Shown one piece after another: positions 48,977-57,435 of a DNA stretch of 64,000 bases (positions are counted from its first letter, which is position 1; each line of letters begins with the position of its first letter). The notes below the pieces were generated by a model. The model saw nothing but the letters and a program-made list of their open reading frames with translations, made no database searches and was not told where the DNA came from. Origin of the DNA: Acidimicrobiia bacterium (GTDB lineage Bacteria; Actinomycetota; Acidimicrobiia; Spongiisociales; ZC4RG35); NCBI GenBank assembly GCA_036556665.1, contig DATBIX010000023.1, positions 21,434 through 85,433 of the forward strand. Direction: 5' to 3'. The position numbers and the translations under genes are program-made.

Positions 48977-49591
48977 ATGTCCGAAGACACCGTTCTCAGC
49001 GTCGCTCCGGACGCCCTGGACATGATCATCCAGCTACGTGATCAGGAGCCCGGGGAGGGAGAGTTCGCCCTCTCCATCGAGGTCACCGGCTTTCGTGGGC
49101 CTCAATTCACCTACGAGCTCGCCTTCGTGGCCATCGAGGACCGCAAGGACGATTGGGTCGTGGAGCGTCACGGTGACCTCGCCCTGGTCTTCCCCGCGGA
49201 CGACGTCGAGAAGCTCGATGGCGCATCCCTCGAGCTGACCGAGCAGGGCCTTTCGATGAACAACCCCAACAGCCCTGCTCCTCCTGCGATGTCAGCCCCG
49301 GCCGGAGACCTGTCCGGCCCGATCGTCGAGAGGGTGCAGCAGGTCCTGGTCGAGCACGTCAATCCTCAGATCGCCGCCCATGGTGGGGGCGCCGAGCTGG
49401 TCTCGGTGGACGGGACCATCGCCTATCTCCGTCTCTTTGGAGGCTGCCAGGGGTGCGGGCTGGCCCAGGTGACCCTCAAACAAGGGATCGAGAGGATCCT
49501 CCTCGAATCCATTCCCGAGCTCACCCAGGTGGTCGACGTCACCGACCACGCCTCCGGTGACGACCCCTACTACAAGAGCCAGAAGAAGTAG
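48977..49591 (+). CDS. Nfu/NifU-like Fe-S cluster assembly protein
   Basis: C-terminal Nfu domain with 'GGCQGCG' and a degenerate A-type-like N-domain. Confidence 0.6.
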   Translation: MSEDTVLSVAPDALDMIIQLRDQEPGEGEFALSIEVTGFRGPQFTYELAFVAIEDRKDDWVVERHGDLALVFPADDVEKLDGASLELTEQGLSMNNPNSPAPPAMSAPAGDLSGPIVERVQQVLVEHVNPQIAAHGGGAELVSVDGTIAYLRLFGGCQGCGLAQVTLKQGIERILLESIPELTQVVDVTDHASGDDPYYKSQKK

Positions 49592-49612
49592 CTCCCGACC
49601 CGGAGGACCACC

Positions 49613-50536
49613 ATGAGCGGACCGGTGCAGCCACTGGACACCGCGGTCGAGCAGGGGCCGCTCGCCCGAATCGAGGTCAAGGAGGGTCGGTCGACCACAG
49701 TCGGCGGGATGGGGATCAACCGCGTGCTCCCCACCAAAGGTAGGAGGACGGTGGGTCCCTGGTGCTTCGTCGACCTGATCCTTCCCCCCGATTTCGACGA
49801 CCCCCATCCGCTCGAGATCGGGCCTCATCCCCATATCGGGCTGGCCACGGTCACCTGGCTCTTCCAGGGAGAGGCGCTGCACAGCGACTCGCTCGGCTCA
49901 CAGCAGCCGATTCGCCCGGGGCAGCTCAACTTGATGACCGCCGGCAACGGAATCGCCCATGCAGAGTTGGGAACGAGCGGAGCCATTCACGGGGCACAGA
50001 TGTGGCTGGCCCAGCCGGAGGCAACGAGGCACGGCGACTCGAGATTCGAGCACATCGCCGACCTCCCAGTCGTCGAGATAGGTCAGGGGGAGGGGACGGT
50101 GATCATCGGGGCGATGGCAGGCGTCGAGTCACCTGCGGCCTCGGATTGGGACGCAGTCGGCCTCGACTTCCGGCTGGCCGGTAGGGGAGTCGAGATCCCT
50201 GTCGAGACGAGCCACGAGCTGGCGGTCGTGCCGATCGATCGAAGCGTCAAGGTGGGCGAGGCAATCGCCGAGCCCGGATGGCTGGCACTGGTGCCGCCCG
50301 GGGCCGACTCGCTTCCGGTCGAGGCCTCGAGCCCGGGCGCCCGGTTCCTGGTGCTGGGGGGTCGACCCCTGGGAGAGCCGATCGAGATGTGGTGGAACTT
50401 CGTTGCCCGCAGCAAGGAAGAGATCACCCTTGCCTGGCGAGCCTGGCAGGAACGCGACGAAGATCGTTTTGGGCCGGTGCCCTCCAGTCTCGCCCGGATG
50501 GACGCCCCGGCGCCGCCCTGGATGGCGCCCGACTAG
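49613..50536 (+). CDS. pirin-family protein (bicupin)
   Basis: 'HPHIGLATVTWLFQGEALHSDSLG' with pirin N- and C-terminal cupin domains. Confidence 0.8.
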   Translation: MSGPVQPLDTAVEQGPLARIEVKEGRSTTVGGMGINRVLPTKGRRTVGPWCFVDLILPPDFDDPHPLEIGPHPHIGLATVTWLFQGEALHSDSLGSQQPIRPGQLNLMTAGNGIAHAELGTSGAIHGAQMWLAQPEATRHGDSRFEHIADLPVVEIGQGEGTVIIGAMAGVESPAASDWDAVGLDFRLAGRGVEIPVETSHELAVVPIDRSVKVGEAIAEPGWLALVPPGADSLPVEASSPGARFLVLGGRPLGEPIEMWWNFVARSKEEITLAWRAWQERDEDRFGPVPSSLARMDAPAPPWMAPD

Positions 50537-50541
50537 GCAAG

Positions 50542-51120
50542 GTGCCGGGTCACGCGGTGGGCTTCACCAGGGCGCAACTGGCCGCCTTCGAGGGCGAGAC
50601 GGTCGACGACCTGCTCGGCCCGGAGGTCGCCCTGCTGTTCGTGGGGATCAACCCCGGTCTCTGGACGGCAGCGACCAACACCCATTTCTGCCATCCTTCC
50701 AACCGGTTCTACCCGGCATTGCGTCGGGCCGGCCTGATCGACTGGGCCTTCGACACGTCGACCGGGATGAGTGAGGAGGAACGTCGGCGACTGGCCGATG
50801 CCGGGATCGGGATCACCAACCTGGTCCAACGCGCCACTGCGCGTGCCTCGCAGATCGGGGCGGCGGAATTGAGGGACGGCGCCGTCCGCCTCGAGCGTCT
50901 GGTAGCCGATCGCTCGCCGAGGGTGGTGGCTGTGGCCGGCGTGACCGCTTTCCGCACCGCATTTGGCCGGCCCTCGGCCGTTCTCGGGCTGCAGCCCGTC
51001 AGACTCGGCCCCGCCGAGATGTGGGTGGTCCCCAACCCGAGCGGTCTCAACGCCCACCAGACGATCGAGTCTCTGGCTCGCTGGTATCGGATGGCCGGCG
51101 AGGCGGCCGGGCTCCTGTGA
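50542..51120 (+). CDS. mug: G/U mismatch-specific DNA glycosylase (Mug/TDG, UDG family 2)
   Basis: 'FVGINPGLWTA', 'HPSNRFY' and 'VVPNPSGLN' match the Mug signature motifs. GTG start. Confidence 0.75.
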   Translation: MPGHAVGFTRAQLAAFEGETVDDLLGPEVALLFVGINPGLWTAATNTHFCHPSNRFYPALRRAGLIDWAFDTSTGMSEEERRRLADAGIGITNLVQRATARASQIGAAELRDGAVRLERLVADRSPRVVAVAGVTAFRTAFGRPSAVLGLQPVRLGPAEMWVVPNPSGLNAHQTIESLARWYRMAGEAAGLL

Positions 51121-51371
51121 GCGAGCCCACTCCCCGACAGGTCCTCTATGCCCTGGTGGCAGCGGGGTTCCTGCTGGTGGTTCTCGCCCTGGTCGTGGCC
51201 GGTGCCGTGTCGGGCTTGGTTCCGGTTTGGTGGACCGCTGCCACAGGGATTGCCCTGGCGACGCTCTCCCTCTGGTCAGCCCTCAACTGGCGGCGCACCG
51301 CAGGGGTGCTGCTCGGCTCAATCGGCCTCTTCCTCGCTTGGACCATCGGCACTTTGATCGTTGCCTCTTGA
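51117..51371 (+). CDS. small membrane protein (2-3 TM), hypothetical
   Basis: GTG overlapping the mug stop. 84 aa, hydrophobic. Confidence 0.3.
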   Translation: MSEPTPRQVLYALVAAGFLLVVLALVVAGAVSGLVPVWWTAATGIALATLSLWSALNWRRTAGVLLGSIGLFLAWTIGTLIVAS

Positions 51372-51447
51372 CCGGCCGCGTCGTAGCTTCTTGGCGCCGG
51401 ATTAGGACCTGTTAACCCCAAAACCCCCCGTTTAGCATCTACCCCCA

Positions 51448-52290
51448 GTGATCAGAGAAGTGTCCGCACCAGAGTCGACACCGACCGAGACGATCAAGAG
51501 GATCGGGCCTGCACTGGTCCTGGCCTCGGCACTGGCCTCGACCATGGGCGTCGTGGTCGCTCAGTTCGTGGACGACCTGGGGGACGGGATCCTCGCCGAG
51601 TTGCTGGGCGGGAACGCCGTGCTCTTCAACAACCGGGTCGAGATCTCCGGCGCCAGCGACCTGGCCTGGGCCGGGGGCTTTCTCCTCTGCCTGATCCTCG
51701 GCTTTCTCGCCCTGTTCTCGTATCCCACGGCGCGCGGCCATGGGGTCGCCCGCCTGACGCTCCTGTGGATGGTCCTGCACCTGCTGCGCCAGGCGTTCGC
51801 CCAGGCGGCGATCCTCCCATTCGACGAGACGAGCGACCTCGCCCTCGCCTACGCCACCCTGGACGCCCCGCCCGGTCTGGACGTGGTGATAGCGGCGGGC
51901 GGCGGGGTCGGGTTGCTTCTCATCGCCTTGTCCGCGGCTTCTGCCTTCCTTGCCTTCACCCCCCACCACAAGCTGATTTCGACCGGTCGCCGCCGTCTGA
52001 TCTTCGCCTTCTGGATCGCCCTGGCACCGGCCGTTGCCGCCGTCTTCATGGCCATTCCGTTCTTCGCCCCCGATGCGGGGAGCGGCGTGATTCCCTCCCT
52101 CCCCTTGACCGCAGTCATCTTCCTGGCCACGGTGGCGGCGGCGCCAGGGACCACGACCGTTCAGGGGCCGGACGACCATCGCGAGACTCCCTGGCCGTGG
52201 GGCCTCGCCGCCACTCTCGGTGTGATCCTTCTCTTCGATCTCCTCGTCCTGCGCGGGGGTGTCTCGGTCGACCCAACCCTCTGGGGCTAG
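51448..52290 (+). CDS. integral membrane protein, hypothetical (about 7 TM)
   Basis: Hydrophobic throughout. The stop overlaps the mog GTG start. Confidence 0.4.
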   Translation: MIREVSAPESTPTETIKRIGPALVLASALASTMGVVVAQFVDDLGDGILAELLGGNAVLFNNRVEISGASDLAWAGGFLLCLILGFLALFSYPTARGHGVARLTLLWMVLHLLRQAFAQAAILPFDETSDLALAYATLDAPPGLDVVIAAGGGVGLLLIALSAASAFLAFTPHHKLISTGRRRLIFAFWIALAPAVAAVFMAIPFFAPDAGSGVIPSLPLTAVIFLATVAAAPGTTTVQGPDDHRETPWPWGLAATLGVILLFDLLVLRGGVSVDPTLWG

Positions 52291-52766
52291 TGGCGATCAG
52301 GGCGCACGTCATCACCGTCAGCGACGGGGTGAGCGCGGGGACCAGAGAAGACGTGTCCGGCGACGCCCTGTCACGGCGGCTCATCGACCTCGGGTACGAG
52401 GTGGGCCGTAGCGTGGTGCCCGACGAGGAATCGGCCATCGTCTCGGAGATCCGATCGGTCCTCCCGACGGTGCGGCTGATTCTCACCACCGGCGGGACCG
52501 GGCTTGGCCCGCGCGACGTCACCCCCGAGGCGACCTCGCTGATCTTGGAACGAGAGGCACCCGGTCTCACCCACCTGATGATGTCGCACGGCCTGGAGGC
52601 CACCCCCATGGCAGCGCTGTCACGGGCACGGGCCGGATCGATCGGCTCCACCCTGGTGGTCAACCTGCCCGGGTCGTCCAAGGGAGCCCTCGAGAGCCTG
52701 GAGGCGGTGGCCGAGGTGATTCCCCATGCCCTCGACCTGCTCGTCGGCGACACGGAGCATCGCTAG
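52290..52766 (+). CDS. mog: molybdenum cofactor biosynthesis protein MogA/MoaB
   Basis: 'VITVSDGVSAG', 'ILTTGGTGLGPRD' and 'PGSSKGA' MoCF_biosynth motifs. Confidence 0.7.
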   Translation: MAIRAHVITVSDGVSAGTREDVSGDALSRRLIDLGYEVGRSVVPDEESAIVSEIRSVLPTVRLILTTGGTGLGPRDVTPEATSLILEREAPGLTHLMMSHGLEATPMAALSRARAGSIGSTLVVNLPGSSKGALESLEAVAEVIPHALDLLVGDTEHR

Positions 52767-52819
52767 CTAGCAACCGGCGGGCCACTACCGTTCACGCCCG
52801 CCGCCGGGCTTGGAGGACA

Positions 52820-53377
52820 ATGAAGATCGAGCACGAATTCACCGTGGCCCGCCCGCCCGACGACGTGTGGCGGTTGTTCCAGGACGTCCCTTCGGTGGCC
52901 CAATGCCTGCCCGGGGCGGAGCTCACCGGTCAGGGCGACGACGGCTCCTATGACGGCAAGTTGTCAGTGAAGCTCGGGCCCATGGCCGCATCGTTCGAGG
53001 GAAAGTGCTTCGTCGTCCCCGACCCCGAGGCGCGCACCGCCACGATCGATGGAACGGGCGTGGACAAGAGGGGAGGATCGCGCGGCCAGGTCAAGGTCAG
53101 CTACTCGGTCGTCCCGGAGGGATCCGGCTCGAGGGTGACCGTCGACGCCGACGTGACGCTCGCCGGGCAGGTGGCCCAGTTCGGTCGCACCGGGCTCATC
53201 AATGAGATGTCGAAGCGTCTCATCGGGGAGTTCGTCGATTGTCTCGAGGCGAAGCTGGCGGCGGAGACGCCGGTGGAGGCGTCCGGAATCGAAGCGGGAG
53301 AGGTTCGGGGGCTGTCCCTGTTCTTCTCCTCGCTCTGGGCATGGATCAAGCGTCTCTTCGGCAGGGGGGAGAAGTGA
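52820..53377 (+). CDS. SRPBCC-fold CoxG-like protein
   Basis: 'MKIEHEFTVARPPDDVWRLFQDVPSVAQCLPGAELTG' matches the CoxG/polyketide-cyclase N-terminus. Confidence 0.6.
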   Translation: MKIEHEFTVARPPDDVWRLFQDVPSVAQCLPGAELTGQGDDGSYDGKLSVKLGPMAASFEGKCFVVPDPEARTATIDGTGVDKRGGSRGQVKVSYSVVPEGSGSRVTVDADVTLAGQVAQFGRTGLINEMSKRLIGEFVDCLEAKLAAETPVEASGIEAGEVRGLSLFFSSLWAWIKRLFGRGEK

Positions 53378-53379
53378 CC

Positions 53380-53751
53380 ATGCGCAGGATGGCGACGGCC
53401 CTTCTCGGGCTCGTCTTGTTCGCTTGTGGCGGCAGCCAGACGGATTCGATCGCGGCTGACGACGTGACTTTGAAGATGTTCGACAACCGATACGAGTACA
53501 CCGAGATCACCATCCCGGTCGGTGGGACGGTCGACTTCGTTGGCGCCGGCCGCAACCCGCACAACGCGATGGCTGCCGACGGCTCCTGGTCGACCGAGAC
53601 CGTGTTCGGGAGCCTCGAGCAACTCGAGGGCGACGAGGCACTGCTGACCTTCGAGACGCCCGGGACCTACGTGTTCTTCTGCACCTTCCATGGCAACGCC
53701 CAAGGTGACGGCATGGCGGGGACGCTCGTCGTCGAGGCCGGGAACGGATGA
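53380..53751 (+). CDS. cupredoxin (blue copper) lipoprotein
   Basis: Lipobox 'LVLFACGG'. Type-1 Cu ligands in 'HNAM...CTFHGNAQGDGMAG' (His, Cys, His, Met). Confidence 0.65.
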   Translation: MRRMATALLGLVLFACGGSQTDSIAADDVTLKMFDNRYEYTEITIPVGGTVDFVGAGRNPHNAMAADGSWSTETVFGSLEQLEGDEALLTFETPGTYVFFCTFHGNAQGDGMAGTLVVEAGNG

Positions 53752-55397
53752 GAAGACGCTGGGCGCTGCTCCTGGCGGGGTCAGCTCTCGGCGTCGCAGC
53801 ATGTGCCGGGCCACCGGTGGGCACTCCTTCACCGGCGGCGACCGGCGACCCCGCCACCGACGCCGCGGCGGAGTGGTCCGGCGAGACGAGACTCGTTCCC
53901 CAGGACTATCCCACCATCCAGGCGGCGGTGGATGCCGCAGCACCAGGTGACCTGGTCCTGATCGACCGGGGCATCTACCGCGAAGAGGTGAGGGTCACCA
54001 CCCCCGGTCTCACCATTCGAGGAGTCGATCGCAACGAAGTCGTGATCGATGGCGAGTTCCAACGGCCCAACGGGGTCAGCGTCCTCTTCGCCGACGGGGT
54101 GGCGGTCGAGAACATGACCGCGATCAACAACACCGGGAACGGGTTCTTCTGGAGTGGGGTGCGCGGCTACCGCGGCTCGTATCTGACCGCCATCAACAAC
54201 GCGGTCTACGGCATCTACGCCTTCGATTCCAGCGACGGCTTGTTCGAGCACTCCTACGCCTCGGGGTCGCCAGACGCCGGGTTCTACATCGGGCAGTGTG
54301 ATCCCTGTCAGGCTGTGATCACCGACTCGATCTCGGAATGGAATGGCCTCGGGTACTCCGGGACCAATGCCTCCTCCCAGCTGTACATCGTCGACTCGGT
54401 GTTCCGCCACAACGTCGCCGGGATCGCTCCCAACACCCTCGACGGCGAGCTTCTCCCACCGTTCCACGATGTCACCATCGCCGGCAACCTGGTGCACGAC
54501 AATGGCAATGTCGACGCCCCCGCCCTCACTTTCGAATGGGCGGCACAGGGGAACGGGATCCTCCTCGCCGGGGGCGGGGACTCGCTGGTCACCCACAACC
54601 GGGTCCTCAACCACCCGCAAAGCGGAATCGCCCTCTTCCCCATGCTGGACAGCAACTTCTACATGTCCTATGACCACCAGATAGTGGGCAACGTGGTGGA
54701 GGGCTCCGGGCTCGCCGACCTGACTTTGGGCGGGCCGGCCTCTTCCGGGAACTGTTTCGAGGACAACGAGCACGCCACCTCGCTCCCGGCGGCTCTCGAG
54801 CTGAAGCAACCCTGCGAGGGCCTTCGTCTCCCTGCCCTGTTCGAGTTGGGATCGACCTCGGCGCAACTCGGGCGCCTGTTCGAGGCCGGCACCGGCCAGA
54901 AGCCGGAGATCGACATCGCATCCCTGCCTCATCCGGACCCGCAACCGACAATGCCAGGCGGAGCGGAGGCGCCGGTCCTGCCGGCGGTCGCCGTCTTCGC
55001 CGGGTCGGAGCCCGATCTCGACGAGATCGTCACCCCGGACCTACCCGAAGGCCTCGAAGTCACACAGCAGAAAGGAATCAACGTCATGGGTGTCAGCTTT
55101 GCCTCGGCCGCCGGGGTCTTCTTCGGGCTCTACGCCTACGTGCTGCCCCTGGTGCTGTACACCTCGTGGGTGGTGATCGCGATATGGGACCTGACGAAGC
55201 GAGATGACCTGAGCCGGGGTAAGGCGATGGCCTGGATGGCTGCCATCCTGATCATCCCCTTCCTCGGTGTCATCGCCTATTACCTGCTCGGAAAGAGCTC
55301 GATCCCGGTCTGGCAACGATGGGTGCTGCTGGCCGGGGGCATGGCCGTCTACCTCCTCTTCCTGGCGCTGGGGATGGTGGTCGGGGGAATCGTCTGA
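53748..55397 (+). CDS. NosD-like right-handed beta-helix lipoprotein with C-terminal membrane anchor
   Basis: Lipobox 'LGVAACAG'. Repeated 'N-x-G / I-x-N' PbH1-like repeats across about 350 aa. The C-terminus has three hydrophobic helices resembling a PLDc_N-type small membrane domain. Confidence 0.5.
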   Translation: MRRRWALLLAGSALGVAACAGPPVGTPSPAATGDPATDAAAEWSGETRLVPQDYPTIQAAVDAAAPGDLVLIDRGIYREEVRVTTPGLTIRGVDRNEVVIDGEFQRPNGVSVLFADGVAVENMTAINNTGNGFFWSGVRGYRGSYLTAINNAVYGIYAFDSSDGLFEHSYASGSPDAGFYIGQCDPCQAVITDSISEWNGLGYSGTNASSQLYIVDSVFRHNVAGIAPNTLDGELLPPFHDVTIAGNLVHDNGNVDAPALTFEWAAQGNGILLAGGGDSLVTHNRVLNHPQSGIALFPMLDSNFYMSYDHQIVGNVVEGSGLADLTLGGPASSGNCFEDNEHATSLPAALELKQPCEGLRLPALFELGSTSAQLGRLFEAGTGQKPEIDIASLPHPDPQPTMPGGAEAPVLPAVAVFAGSEPDLDEIVTPDLPEGLEVTQQKGINVMGVSFASAAGVFFGLYAYVLPLVLYTSWVVIAIWDLTKRDDLSRGKAMAWMAAILIIPFLGVIAYYLLGKSSIPVWQRWVLLAGGMAVYLLFLALGMVVGGIV

Positions 55398-55403
55398 GCC
55401 CTC

Positions 55404-56432
55404 ATGGATGACGGTCTCTCGCGGCGTGATCTGCTCAAGAAGGCCGGTCTCGGCGGGGCGGTGTTCCTGGGTGGGTCCGTGCTGGGCCACACCGTCCAGC
55501 ACCAGGCCGGTGCGGCCACCGGCTACGAGGGCTCCAACCCGGGTCTGGTCGGGCATTCCTCCCTCCACGAGGGTGGCGCTCCCACCTTGTACGGTCGAAT
55601 CCACTCCCCGCCCAGCAGTCTTGGCCCGGGCTCGCTCGATGCGCAGACCTTCCCGCCAGAGAGGGACGGTCGTCCTCCCGGCACGACGCGGGAGATCGAG
55701 ATCGCGGTCGAGGAGAGGCTGATCGAGGTGGGAAACGGCGCCCTGGTCGAGGCCTGGACCTACAACGGCACCGTGCCAGGACCTGTGCTGCGGGCCACCG
55801 AAGGCGATCTCATCCGGGTCCGCTTCGAGAATCGGACCGGCAACCCGCACAACGTCCACTTCCACGGGTCGCACCGGCCCGAGCACGACGGTTGGGAGCC
55901 GATCCCTCCCGGAGGGGAGACGGTGTACGAGATCACTGCCGGGCCCGCCGGGGTCCACCCCTACCACTGCCACACCGCCCCGTTGGCGGAACACATCGGC
56001 CGGGGGCTATACGGCATGCTGATCGTCGACCCGCCCGGGGGCCGCCCGCCCGCCGTCGAGCTGGCCCTTCTCCTCTCCGGCTTCTCATCCGACCAGATCG
56101 GCCGGAACGGGATCGTGGCCTGGAATGGCGTGGCCAACTTCTATCACGAGCATCCGATCAAGGTGCCCGTCGGCGAGCCGGTCCGCGCCTATGTGGTGAA
56201 CATGGTCGAGCACGAGCCGCTGGCGTCGTTTCACCTCCACGCCCGGACCTTCGACGTCTACCCGGCCGGGATGGGCGATCTCCCCGCCTTTCGGGAAGAC
56301 ACCATCACCTTGGGCATGGGCCAGCGGGCGATGGTCGAGTTCGCCCTTCCCGACCTGGGTCGATACATGTTCCACCCACATCAGCACTGGCTTGCCGAGA
56401 AGGGGGCAATGGGGTGGATCGCCGCCGTTTGA
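55404..56432 (+). CDS. Tat-exported two-domain multicopper oxidase (NirK/laccase superfamily)
   Basis: Twin-arginine signal 'SRRDLLKKAGLGGA'. Copper motifs 'HNVHFHG', 'HPYHCH...H....GM', 'FHLHAR' and 'HPHQHW'. Confidence 0.75.
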   Translation: MDDGLSRRDLLKKAGLGGAVFLGGSVLGHTVQHQAGAATGYEGSNPGLVGHSSLHEGGAPTLYGRIHSPPSSLGPGSLDAQTFPPERDGRPPGTTREIEIAVEERLIEVGNGALVEAWTYNGTVPGPVLRATEGDLIRVRFENRTGNPHNVHFHGSHRPEHDGWEPIPPGGETVYEITAGPAGVHPYHCHTAPLAEHIGRGLYGMLIVDPPGGRPPAVELALLLSGFSSDQIGRNGIVAWNGVANFYHEHPIKVPVGEPVRAYVVNMVEHEPLASFHLHARTFDVYPAGMGDLPAFREDTITLGMGQRAMVEFALPDLGRYMFHPHQHWLAEKGAMGWIAAV

Positions 56433-56485
56433 GGTATAGGGCTATCGGCCCGTGATGCCGCGTTCTCGGCGCGCCGATCCATAAG

Positions 56486-57397
56486 GTGATCGGAAGCCAG
56501 CGGGTCAGGCAGACTGACCCGATAGGAACGGCCGGGTGTGACGTGAACTATCCGCTGCTCTATCTGGAACATCTCAGCAACCGTGATCTCGAGTTGCTGG
56601 CGACCATTGCCGGCTCCGACACACTCGCCCTGAAGAGGCAGATGATCGAATGCCCGGCGGCGATCGACGACCTCCTCGCCTCGCGCTCGCTGTTCGAAGT
56701 GGTGTTCGATCACTCCCAGGAAATGCTCGATCCGGGCGCATCGACCTTCCTCGCTTTCGGGATCCTGGTGAATCGGTCGGCGGGAGACCTGAGGGCCGCC
56801 AGCTACGTGCCGGAATGGGCAGGCCCGGGCAAGCGCCTCCCTGTGTTCGACGTCGAGCCACTGCGTGAGTTCTTCGAGGACGGGGCACGTCGCTATTTCC
56901 TCATCGAGTTCCTCAACTCGTTCACCACGGTGGCGAGCGGGAGCTTCCTGGTGAGGACGCGCAAGGGATACCGGCGCCGCCGGTTCAGCGAGCTCGATCT
57001 GGCTCACCTGGCCGAGATGGTCGATCTGCTGCCACCGGCCGAACGACCCGGCGGCTACCGGCGCCTGGGCGACGTGGCCCTCTTCTTGAGCGGGGTATTC
57101 CCCGATCACGCCGCAAGTCATCCTCGATCGGTGAGCGAAAGGGAGCGATTGACCTTCTCGGCTGCGATCACGCCTACCGAGGCCCTCGGAGCAGGAGGCG
57201 AGGTCGATTTCCTCGAGACCGTCGGAGCCGGCTGGTATCGGCGAGCGGTCGAGTCCGCCAGGACGACCTTTTGGTCGGGGCCTGAGATCCTGAGAGGAGT
57301 CGCCAGCCGGTTCACCCATGCGCGTCGCATCCTCAACTACGTCTCCGACCGGTTCCTCTTCGGGTCAGAGCAGGGCTCGATGCGCCCGACCGGCTGA
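56486..57397 (+). CDS. hypothetical protein
   Basis: 303-aa ORF with actinobacterial codon bias and no motif I can assign. Start uncertain. Confidence 0.35.
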   Translation: MIGSQRVRQTDPIGTAGCDVNYPLLYLEHLSNRDLELLATIAGSDTLALKRQMIECPAAIDDLLASRSLFEVVFDHSQEMLDPGASTFLAFGILVNRSAGDLRAASYVPEWAGPGKRLPVFDVEPLREFFEDGARRYFLIEFLNSFTTVASGSFLVRTRKGYRRRRFSELDLAHLAEMVDLLPPAERPGGYRRLGDVALFLSGVFPDHAASHPRSVSERERLTFSAAITPTEALGAGGEVDFLETVGAGWYRRAVESARTTFWSGPEILRGVASRFTHARRILNYVSDRFLFGSEQGSMRPTG

Positions 57398-57435
57398 GAG
57401 GCGTCGTGTCGCATGTCGTGTGACACGGCACTACG

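Noticed and set aside
52775-52809. Inverted repeat after mog ('ccggcgggc … gcccgccg')
   Set aside because: Only about 8 bp pair, with a 13-nt loop and a mismatch. Too weak to call a terminator.
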